From the NCBI GenBank assembly GCA_965218585.1, contig CBDCLE010000020.1, positions 28,232 to 92,231 on the forward strand: a stretch of DNA of 64,000 nt, written 5' to 3'. The notes under the pieces were generated by a model. That model saw only the letters and a program-made list of their open reading frames with translations. It was not told the DNA's origin and did no database searches. Positions within the stretch are counted from its first letter, which is position 1. Every line of letters begins with the position of its first letter. The stretch comes from Terriglobia bacterium. Its GTDB lineage: Bacteria; Acidobacteriota; Terriglobia; 20CM-2-55-15. Below, piece by piece: positions 52,337 through 61,915 of this stretch. Both the position numbers and the translations under genes were made by a program.

Positions 52337-54605
52337 ATGACGGACCTGCAAAATATCGAGAATCTGAAGCGTGCCTGTGTCGGCTCCCAAAAGGCCGCAG
52401 AAGAAAACGAAAATTACGTGCGGTGTGGGCAACGGCTTCACGACTTTCTTACCTACGTTCGGGACGCCGACGCCAAGACGCGCGCCAGCGAAGAATTTCA
52501 GCGTCGGATTTGGGAGGAGAATCCAGTCACTGCCGTCGGAATGGGAACCATTCCCGTCGAGGGGGCCATCTCGGATCCCGATTTTCGAAAGTGGCTCGCT
52601 GAACAGTCCTTGAGACCACTGCCTCAAGCCGCCGAAGCCCGGGCGGTTGCTCTTGACGAGATGTTCGAAGAGTTGCAAGAAAGGATGGGGCAGTACACAA
52701 AGCGCACACCCCGTCTGAAGATCTACCGGGTCTTAGGCAGTTTCTTCCCGACCGACTTTACAACCCTTTCGCACGTTCATAAGCTGCGACGGCTTCAAAT
52801 GGCGATGTTCGGCCACCGAAAGGGCGGCGGCCCGAGCTGCCACCTCAGCATTCTGGCAAGAGTGCGTGAGGCGATCGGCTCGCACAGAGAAGATCTCGAT
52901 GCCATTGTCAAGCGCATGCGGCTTCCGTGGTTGTTGTTCAAAGACTACGTTGCAGCTACTGAAGATGAGAAGACCGAATCCACCAGTGAGGTCCCCGGCG
53001 AAGAGAGCCTGGTGCCGTTATCCGCTGCCAGGCGCAGGCGTGGGCTTACAGGAGTCACTGGTGGTTTTCAGGCCGCCCTGAACATCCTCGAATCTTGCCG
53101 TGACGGTGTCAGCAGAGAGGATCTGAAGAGTCACATCCGAACCGTCAGTCCGAAGCTGAAGGACTCCTCGATTGCCACTCAGATCAATGTGTTGATCAGT
53201 GAGTTCAATTGTCTGAAGTGGAAAGAGGATCAGTACGTCCTTACGGATCGAGGACACGCCCTTCTGGAATCGGGTGATCCAGTGGAGTTGATGGATTGGC
53301 TCATCACGCGGATTCTTGGCGTCGACCATGTCTTGGTGATTCTGCGGCATCAGGGCCCCACCGCGTTGTCCGAAGTCGTTGAGAGGATTCAGAAGGTCAA
53401 TCCTGGTTGGACGAGCAACTGGGCACCGTCGGTAATGCTAAACGAACTGCGGGCGTTTGGCATGCTCGAGCGTGACGACAACCGCGTCCTGTCCCTCACC
53501 GACGCAGGCAGTGAGTGGGCCAGTCGAATCGACTGGGAGCCCGAAGTTCTCGTTCGCGAAATATCACCCGAAGTTTCCGCCGAGGTAGAGGAGGAACCCG
53601 CCGACGCGGATGATTTCACGGTGGCGTTGCCTGCGTTCTCGGAAATCCTCAAAGAAGTGTCGCGACAGGGCCACTTCCCGGAGTCACTGATCGAGCGGCT
53701 CCATGCGGGGATCTGGGCCAACAGGCTCAGACATTTCGCGATCTTGACCGGTCTTTCGGGATCGGGAAAGACCTTGCTCGCCAGGGCCTACGGCAAAGCC
53801 ATTGTTGGACGCGACGAACTCCACGCCAAGCATCTGTGTACGATCCCAGTCCAACCCGGGTGGTACGACCCGACATCTCTGCTTGGGTATGTGAATCCGC
53901 TCCAAGCGGAATCTTACATGCGCACTGAGTTTCTTGAGTTCCTGCTGGCTGCGGCGGAGGATCCGACTCGTCCCTACAGCGCCGTGCTCGACGAAATGAA
54001 TCTGTCACATCCGGAGCAGTACCTAGCACCAATTCTTTCGGCCATGGAAACTGGGGCGCCCCTGAGCCTGCACCGGGAGGGAGAGAGGCTCGATGGCGTA
54101 CCGTCGAAGGTTCGATATCCCAGCAATCTCGTGATCATCGGCACGGTAAACATGGACGAAACGACCCATGGCATTTCGGACAAGGTTCTCGATCGGGCCT
54201 TCACCATCGAATTCTGGAATGTCAATCTGAATAAGTACCCCCGTTGGGGACAGCGCGATCTAAGCAGTGAGCACGAGAGTGTCGCGCGCGGTTCTCGAAG
54301 ACCTCATGTCCGCCCTTAGACCGGCGAGACTGCATTTTGGTTGGCGTGTTGTCGACGATGTTCTCGATTACATGAGTCGCGCGTCAATCGACGGGCGAGT
54401 CAGTGATCCCGCCAAGATGTTGGACAGCGTGGTCTATGCCAAGATGCTTCCAAAGTTACGCGGCGACGATGCTCCCCGGTTTCGGGATGCGTTGGATAAG
54501 TGCGCCCAGACCCTCGCCAACCACGGTCTCACGGAATCCCGAAGGAAGGTATTGGAACTGAAAGACGACCTGGAATCGACGGGAAGCGCCCGGTTCTGGC
54601 GGTAG
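52337..54605 (+). pseudogene. McrB-like AAA+ GTPase (NxD type), frameshift near 54285
   Basis: GLSGSGKT, VLDEMNLS, GTVNMDETT, SDKVLDRA; C-terminus HFGWRV..KMLPKLRG in another frame. Confidence 0.9.
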
Positions 54606-54608
54606 CCA

Positions 54609-56177
54609 GTGAGTCCAGCTCCCACCCTTTCCGTGAGTGTCAGCGGTGAAGCGGATCTACTCCCGCGATGGCGGATCACACCGAGCGATATCACCACAGG
54701 CTTCAGCGAAGGCACCGAGTACCGCATCGAGAAGCCCGTAGACGGTGGGCAACTTTTCATCGACGATGAGCTGATCGCCGAAGGCGACGGCCACTGGCTG
54801 TGGGCACCGGGTTTTTACGCCGGCCAAGTCCGGGCGGAGTTGGTGAGGGACGACCAAGTCGTATCCTGCTACGTACTCGACGTTGCTCCACACCCCGATA
54901 AACTTGGCCGTGACATATTCCAAGGAATGCTCGACGACATTTGGCAGTTTGATCCGCTCCTCGTGCTGGGTACGGAACCCCCGAAGTCGCCAATTGGCCA
55001 TCGGGATGACATCGTAGACCCGTGGCTGGAGTACGCGCGACTCCGCGCGTACGGATTGGCATTCATCCGTGCACTTGCAGTCATTGCTCGCCGACCTATC
55101 CGCGCGTTGAAGCCGAATCGAGAGAATGTTCCGTTGCAGTATGTACGACGGAGCGATCGACAAACTGCGATTACCTCTCTTCGAAACCCACAGCTGCTTG
55201 CCGCCCTCGTCGGGGAGACAAAGACCTCTAACGCGGTCGAAGCACTACCGCCTTTCGATGTGCCTGTGGTGGACGACACGCTGGATAGTGATGCGAATCG
55301 GTACATCGCTGCTGTCACACAGGCCGTCGCTCGGCGCGCAGTGCGACTTCAGAAGACCCTCGAAGCGGCCGTCGAACGCGAGCGTCAGTCCGCGACGCGT
55401 AGCGATCTGGCATCTCGATGGCCGCGTCGGCGAAGCTTTATCGAGCGGACGGTTCAGCTTTTGCGCCTGGCACAGAATAGCGCACCCATCTGTGAGGTAA
55501 CACGGCCAGAACTGTCCGCGGCGGGACTGAATGCCGTGTCCGCTGATCCGGCATACTCGCGGGCGTACGGACTGGGATGGCGGATTCGGCGTTCTGGGGT
55601 CGAAGGTCCGCCGGACGGTGAGGAGTTGTGGATCTGTCCCACGTGGGAGATCTACGAAAGGTGGTGCTTCGTACAACTTGGCACCGCCTTACAGGCGCTG
55701 ATGCCGGAGTATCAATGGTCGATTTCGAGAACGCACGGTTCGAAGGCCAAGGCTGCTCTTGTAGCCGTCGACGACGAAGAAGTATGTATGGAACTGCTCT
55801 TGCAGCCAAAATGTCCCTCCGGCGACGCAGCTCCTTATGCAGGGTTTCATTCCGTGTCCGGACTTCGAGAGCCCGATATCGTGCTGACACGCCGAAGCGG
55901 AGATCACGCGAGCTGGAACGTGTTCGACGCGAAGGACCGAACGAGTCGATCCAACGTTCTCGACGCGATGGCATCTGCGCACATCTATAAGGATGCTCTG
56001 CGCTGGAATGGACTGCGGCCTGATTATTCGTTGCTCCTGCTCCCGCGTGGTGGCGCAGCTTCATGGTTGGAACAGCCGAAGTTCATAAGAGAGAATCGCG
56101 TTGGGGTGACTGAGCTCAGCACGGACACCGGGCCTTCTGGACCTCTCAGACTCTTGGGGATGGATCGTAAGCCGTAA
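54609..56177 (+). CDS. McrC-like DUF2357 + PD-(D/E)xK nuclease
   Basis: TLDSDANR, WEIYERWCF, EPDIVL..FDAK, AHIYKDAL; coupled to the McrB-like gene. Confidence 0.85.
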   Translation: MSPAPTLSVSVSGEADLLPRWRITPSDITTGFSEGTEYRIEKPVDGGQLFIDDELIAEGDGHWLWAPGFYAGQVRAELVRDDQVVSCYVLDVAPHPDKLGRDIFQGMLDDIWQFDPLLVLGTEPPKSPIGHRDDIVDPWLEYARLRAYGLAFIRALAVIARRPIRALKPNRENVPLQYVRRSDRQTAITSLRNPQLLAALVGETKTSNAVEALPPFDVPVVDDTLDSDANRYIAAVTQAVARRAVRLQKTLEAAVERERQSATRSDLASRWPRRRSFIERTVQLLRLAQNSAPICEVTRPELSAAGLNAVSADPAYSRAYGLGWRIRRSGVEGPPDGEELWICPTWEIYERWCFVQLGTALQALMPEYQWSISRTHGSKAKAALVAVDDEEVCMELLLQPKCPSGDAAPYAGFHSVSGLREPDIVLTRRSGDHASWNVFDAKDRTSRSNVLDAMASAHIYKDALRWNGLRPDYSLLLLPRGGAASWLEQPKFIRENRVGVTELSTDTGPSGPLRLLGMDRKP

Positions 56178-56778
56178 CTGAATCAGCTGAAGCCAAGCCT
56201 TGTTGCCGTCGCGTTACAAAAGTGAAAGTTGCCACGCTCGTCGAAGAACTGCGTTCAACAGCAAGGCGTTGCCGCGCCTGAACCCGAGGCTGGAAGCCAA
56301 GCCGACACAGTGCAACAATAACCTCGTTGAAGACTTCCCTTGAGTGACGTGAATCCTCCGCCGCGTGCTAGAAGTCAGGAACCCACTGATCTCACCTATG
56401 ACCGCCAGCACGAGACCCTGAACGAAGTCGGAATTAGATCTCGACCGTCGGGGTGTAGCCCAAGCCGTTTAGCCGGATGGTCAGAGGCCAGCGTACTGAC
56501 GCCGTAGCGCTTCGCCAGCGCTTGATCTTCTGGAATCGGTGCCGGACGCAGCCGGGACCTTGATGTGCGGGCCGTGAGTGTTGAACATCTCCTGCAGTTG
56601 CCTGAACTTTCGGTTGGCCATGTCGAGATTGAGCTCAGCACTGCCCAGCAAGAACGCTTCCTCAGCAGACGTCCTGTCATCTCGGCTTTCGAGCTGGGAA
56701 AGGAGGTACAATTAGTACCGTCCGGGCCAAGCCAGTGTCGATATCTGCGGTTGTTTGGCAACCAACGAGGAGCAGCGA

Positions 56779-57000
56779 ATGACGACCGACGACCTGATTG
56801 AAAAGCTCAAGGAGATGAGAGCGGCAGCGAGGCGGGGCGACAACATGACGGCGATGACCCAGTTGTTCGGGATCATCTTCGACAAGGACATCGAAACGAG
56901 CGGCTCAAACGCCGTCGCGATCGGAAGGAGGGCGGGCATTGGTGTGAGGAGATCGCCGATGGCCGCAAGTTGGCTATGTGACCGCGAAGCCGGAAGTGCT
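56779..57000 (+). pseudogene. Small HTH-like protein, degenerate 3' end
   Basis: MTTDDLIEKLKEM..LFGIIFDKDI..AGI | EIADGRKL; GAGGAG RBS. Confidence 0.5.
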
Positions 57001-57271
57001 CCGCCCGTGCCGAGTTCATCAACAGAACGTCGCTTACGGATAATTTCGCGGCGCTCAAACTCAACCTTAGATGATGGAGGGTTATCCCAAGCCATCGGTT
57101 CCGCCAATTCAGCCGGAACCAGGATTTCCTGAGACTGGGCCTCATGCCCCCCATAGTCGTGGTCGAGCGTTTGGACAGCCTCGTCTACGCGTTGATTGAT
57201 CATCGCGAGCCATTCATCGACGCGCGTGGATTTACCCTTCTTAATCCGAAGTCTCGTAAGTTCGACTTCAT
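57000..57271 (-). pseudogene. DUF6176-like remnant
   Basis: MK|VELTRLRIKKGKSTRVDEWLAMINQR; family recalled from memory; lower limit approximate. Confidence 0.5.
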
Positions 57272-57356
57272 CCCTCCCACAGGGTCCGCCTTACCAGAGG
57301 ACTGAACCGCGGAGCATGAAGCCGTGATCTAAAGGGACCTTTCATCCAATGTGATT

Positions 57357-57758
57357 TTACCGGTCCTTAGCAAGTTGGAAGGCCCTTCTCAATAGGCTGT
57401 CGCGCCCGAACGCAACATCCCCATCTTTTTCGATGACAGGTTCTGCTGCGGCCGCTGCAAAGATGGCTTCGCGCGTAAGATCACCACCATCGGGCATCGA
57501 AATCGTCCAACCCGGCAATCCCTCTTGTATTAGATGGGCCAGTGCAGTCATCCGAAACATCACTGATACCCCCTTCTCTCGTTTATCTGGAAAGAGTTCC
57601 ATCCACGTTATGGCGCTCCTCTCAAAGCTGTAATCGTCTGGTGAAAGTTCTGCCACAGCGCTGACGAATGTGTTGATTTCATCGCGGGTTAAAAGTGTCG
57701 AGTTGATTTCATTGAGCACTCGCTGTGTTCCGGCGGGGTCACTGTTTCGTTTCTTCAT
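57357..57758 (-). CDS. Hypothetical protein
   Basis: 133-aa ORF with TACAAT 8 nt upstream of ATG. Confidence 0.65.
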   Translation of the reverse strand: MKKRNSDPAGTQRVLNEINSTLLTRDEINTFVSAVAELSPDDYSFERSAITWMELFPDKREKGVSVMFRMTALAHLIQEGLPGWTISMPDGGDLTREAIFAAAAAEPVIEKDGDVAFGRDSLLRRAFQLAKDR

Positions 57759-58394
57759 GCCCCCTCATTGTAAACCAATCTGCATGGACCACAATGTTAT
57801 CCAAGGGTGCTCCTTTCTAATCGAGGTCTGTCCCAATTCATAAAAAAGCACCATCGTCGCTCTCTTTCAAGCCGTAAGGATTCGGCGTGCGCATTAGTTC
57901 GTGGCGGTTGGGTAAGATCCCTGATCAGCGACAATTAAAATTTCCGCCTAAGGGTACTCATCGAACTTGGGATAAAACTCCTTCTCAAGATCAGGTAAAC
58001 ATTGAACGGAGAGAAAGGTCATGCGGATAAAGCTGCTTAATTCTCTTTCTTCCGCTGCTCGCGTCTGAGCTTTTCCAGTTTCGCCTTTTCCCTTTGAGAT
58101 ATTTGGTCATAAATCCGACTGATTTGAAGCGCTCGAAGAGGACAGCCGACCCTTCTGGAAGAAATAAGCGATCCTTTGTTGTTTCGATTCGCTCGACGAA
58201 CTCATTTGTCGTTCTTGTAGTCCACTTGAACTTGGGGAGACGATCCCCAGTCCCGATAAGCGCTTTCGTGAAGTGCGGCATGGTAGACATTTCCTCCGAC
58301 ACGATTCTCTGCATGGTGTGCTCTTCGGTCATTCCTTGAATCAGTACCTCTCTAATCTCCTTTGGCAGCCACTGGCTGGCCTCCGGAAGCAACC

Positions 58395-59770
58395 GAGGTC
58401 GTTCCAATCGGTGTGTAAAAAGAGAAGGCGGTGTACGCTTTCGGTGAATTCGAAACCGTAAGCAATCCCGGCAGCAATCGGGAGAAAGGTACACCACCCA
58501 TGAAGAAGAACATACCGGCATCAGTGGCGTCAACGAACGCGTATGAAGGTTTGGAGGACTGGGCGCGATCCCGGGTCCAAGTCTGGCTACAGGAGCTGCT
58601 CGAGGACGAAGTCACTCAATTTCTGGGTCGGGAAAAGTTGGAGCGGAGTCCGAATCGACGAGGATACCGGAACGGTCACGGGAAACCGCGACGCTTCGCA
58701 ATGGTGAACGGTACGATGGAGGTTCGACGACCTCGGGTTCGAAACACCGCCGAGCGGTTCGAGAGTCAGATCCTGCCGTATTTTCGACGGAAATCGAAAC
58801 AGCTGGGCGAGCTACTTCCCGATCTCTACCTCCACGGTCTGGCCACAGGGGACTTCGAGCAGGCCATGCGCGGACTGCTTGGCGCTGGCGCTCCGTTGTC
58901 GCGAGCATCGATCCAACGACTGAAATCGACCTGGCAGTTGGAGTATGACGAGTGGGTCCAGCAGGACCTGTCCGGCCTCGAGGTCGTGTACCAGTGGGCA
59001 GACGGCTTGTACGTGAAAGCGGGGATCGCGAAAGAGCGAGCGGCATTGCTGGTGATCATCGGAGCCTTGTCAGACGGGCGCAAAGTGCTGTTGGCCTGTG
59101 AGAGCGGGCAGCGGGAAAGCAAGGAGTCCTGGAGCCGCATTCTGCGCAATCTCCAGAGACGGGGCCTGAAGCTGGGACGGCTGACTGTCGCGGACGGTCA
59201 CCTGGGCATCTGGTCCGCGCTGGCCGAGCAACAGCCCCAGGGCCAGGAACAACGCTGCTGGAACCACAAGTCGATCAACGTGGTCGATCATCTGCCGAAG
59301 ACCGAGCAGCCCGCGGCCAGACAGCTGCTTCATGGGATGGCCTTCGCGAACTCCCGCGCGGCCTGCGAACGAAAGCGGGATCAGTTCGTCCGCCGATATG
59401 AGAAGAACTATCCCAAAGCGGGTGAGACGCTGTTGCGGGACTGGGACCGGATGATTACTTTCTATGAGTTCCCGAAACAACACTGGGTGCATCTGAGAAC
59501 GACCAACATCGTCGAATCGCCCTTCGACATGGTTCGCCTCCGTACCAACGCCGCTCGCCGATTCAAGCGTGTCGAGAATGCAACGGCAATGATCTGGAAG
59601 CTACTACGTGTCGCTGAGAAGGCTTGGCGACACTTAATTGGCGACACTTAAAAGGATCCGAACTCTTACAAGAGGTCTATGATGGTCAGCAATTCGCTGA
59701 CGGCATCAGAGTCGTGATGAAATCGAAGGCCGCCGCCTGATGACTTTTACACACCTTTTGTAATGACCTC
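58395..59770 (+). mobile_element. IS256 family element
   Basis: IRs GAGGTCGTTCCAATCGGTGTGTAAA / TTTACACACCTTTTGTAATGACCTC; 8-bp duplication AAGCAACC. Confidence 0.95.
58500..59740 (+). pseudogene. IS256 transposase; 14-bp duplication stops it early at 59651
   Basis: YQWADG, VADGHLG, QRCWNH, RTTNIVES; tail KGSELLQEVY..AAA out of frame. Confidence 0.88.
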
Positions 59771-60451
59771 AAGCAACCACATGAGATGGTCTACTTCCTC
59801 AAACGGCGATACTGGCGGACCGCCTAGGTCGCTGTGAAAATAAGCACTGGATACCAAACCCGGAAAGTATTCTCCGAAGTTAGGGTCCCGGAATATCCAT
59901 TCGTCGTCACAAACAGGTGGAAGCTTTGAAACGGTCAGCCCTGAACCAGAAGACGACCTTTCCTCTCACGCAGCTTTGCTTGCAAGGGGGCGACGGATTT
60001 CTGGTACGCATGCTCAAACGCCTCTTCAAGTTCTCCGCCGAATGAAGCAATTGTAAGTTGAGGGGCGTACTCTGCAGTGAGACTGGGGTATACCAGACAG
60101 GTGTCGTAAAGCCCCGGTTGAGAGCGGATGAATTCCAAGGCTGCCGATGGTGGCGTCATTGGACTGATTGCCATTTCCTCTGCTGCTTGAGACCAGTCAA
60201 CTTGCATCGCAGTCCACGCCAATCGTTCGCCCAAAGATTCAGCGTTGTCAACCCTTGGCGGTAATGGGAATGTCCATCGCCCCCAACATGCTTCGTCGGG
60301 AACTGTAAATCCAAAAGCCGAAATGCGATTCGATGCCTCGACAATTCCCAACCAGTACCTATCGGTGATCACGGGCGGCACAATTCCGTGATTGAGCAGA
60401 ATGTCTCGGGCAACTATAAGTGGGCTTCCTTGAGGCTGACACAATGCCGGG

Positions 60452-60562
60452 ATGAAGACTCGCCGATCCCGTTACATTAGGCATCGCTTTCCGCCAGAGA
60501 TAATCCGTCACACCGTCTGGGCCTATTATCGGCTCAGTCTCAGTTTTCGTGAGGTAATCTGA
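60452..60562 (+). pseudogene. IS6 family transposase 5' fragment
   Basis: MKTRRSRYIRHRFPPEIIRHTVWAYYRLSLSFREVI*. Confidence 0.8.
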
Positions 60563-60567
60563 AGGTT

Positions 60568-60864
60568 ATGAAGAATCCAGGACAGTACCACCACCTGCGC
60601 GTGGACTGGGTGGGCGAGTCGTCCATCCAGTCGATCACGCTGTGCGGCGTCGAGGGTGAAGACATCGGGACGGGACGGACGCTTTGCCCAGACTGCGCCC
60701 AGGTTGGCGATGCCTTGAAGGTTTGCGGGTTGGGACCGGAGAGCCTACGCGAGTTATTTGACACGCTCCGGGTGATCGACCCTTCCGAGGTCAGAGCGAA
60801 GATGGAGACGCTGGGGGCGGTGGGGGCGCTGCTGGATATGCAGGATCGGGGGCCACTCAATTGA
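60568..60864 (+). CDS. Hypothetical protein
   Basis: 98-aa ORF with C..CPDC. Confidence 0.4.
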   Translation: MKNPGQYHHLRVDWVGESSIQSITLCGVEGEDIGTGRTLCPDCAQVGDALKVCGLGPESLRELFDTLRVIDPSEVRAKMETLGAVGALLDMQDRGPLN

Positions 60865-60955
60865 CAGAGTGTCGTCAGGGTATCCGGAGCCCCCCATTAA
60901 AAGTTCCCTCCCTTTCTGTGGTTCCGATTTCCCCTTCCATGTAGCCTGCACTTGC

Positions 60956-61915
60956 TCAGAGAGAGATTCGTTCGAGCTGTTGAATGTCCCATTGGTTTTC
61001 CCTGGCTTCGTAGCCTTTGACGAAAGCCGCCTCTTCCACGAAACGCCGCCCCTCGCGGCGCGTCATGTGAATCACCATAGCGATGCCGTCGACCACACCC
61101 CGGCAGGTGACTTCCCAGGGAAGCTCCCCGCCGCCTTGCATGGCGCAACTAGCAAGCCGGGATAAGGCGCTCTCTGCGTTGTTGGCGTGTACGGTCGTCA
61201 GGCTCCCTCCATGCCCGGTGTTGAGCGCCTGCAGCAGATCGGCCGCCTCCCCGCCGCGAACCTCGCCTACAACGATGTGATCCGGGCGGTGGCGCAGCGC
61301 GTGGCGCACAAGATCCCGGATCGTGACCGCTCCTTCCTCTAACCCGCGCGCCTCGAATCGGACGCAATTGGAGCGATCGATCCGAAGCTCTAACGTGTCC
61401 TCGATGGCGACAATGCGTTCGTCTTCCGGTAGAAGTTCGATCAACGCATTGAGCAAGGTGGTCTTGCCCGATCCGGTGCCCCCCGAAACCAGGATGTTTT
61501 GCCGCGTGTGCAACACCCGCTCCGCTTCCGCCCGCACGTTTTCGGGGAGCGCGCCTTGCTCGACTAAATCCGCCGCCGAAAACGCCCGCTTGCCGAAGCG
61601 CCGGACGGTGATGGCGACCGTGGGGCTTGCGGGCGGAACACAGATGGCCACCCGCGAGCCGTCGTCCAGGCGCGCATCGACAATCGGCGAGCTTGCCGGA
61701 TCCAGGCCCAAAGGCCGGGCAATGTGGATGGCCGCCCGCAACAGGGCCGATTCATCCAGGTCCGGCGCGGCATGAGAAGTCAAACGCCCCGCCCGTTCCA
61801 CCCAGACGTTGCCGGGGCCGTTAATCATGATCTCGCTCACTTCGGAATCTTCCAGGGCGTTCTCTAGCCCCGGTAGAAAGGGTTTCAGGTGTTCCAGCCC
61901 GCTTGCGCCGCTCAT
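60956..61915 (-). CDS. VirB11/TrbB/CpaF-like secretion ATPase
   Basis: EIMING, GGTGSGKT, IEDTLEL, RPDHIVVGEVRG, NTGHGG..TVHA. Confidence 0.92.
   Translation of the reverse strand: MSGASGLEHLKPFLPGLENALEDSEVSEIMINGPGNVWVERAGRLTSHAAPDLDESALLRAAIHIARPLGLDPASSPIVDARLDDGSRVAICVPPASPTVAITVRRFGKRAFSAADLVEQGALPENVRAEAERVLHTRQNILVSGGTGSGKTTLLNALIELLPEDERIVAIEDTLELRIDRSNCVRFEARGLEEGAVTIRDLVRHALRHRPDHIVVGEVRGGEAADLLQALNTGHGGSLTTVHANNAESALSRLASCAMQGGGELPWEVTCRGVVDGIAMVIHMTRREGRRFVEEAAFVKGYEARENQWDIQQLERISL

Larger units (their letters stand above)
57991..60444 (-). pseudogene. Hypothetical gene split by IS256, 5' end missing
   Basis: Removing the IS and one AAGCAACC restores ..EEVDHLMWLL-PEASQWLPKEIREVLIQGM in frame. 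Confidence 0.75.
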
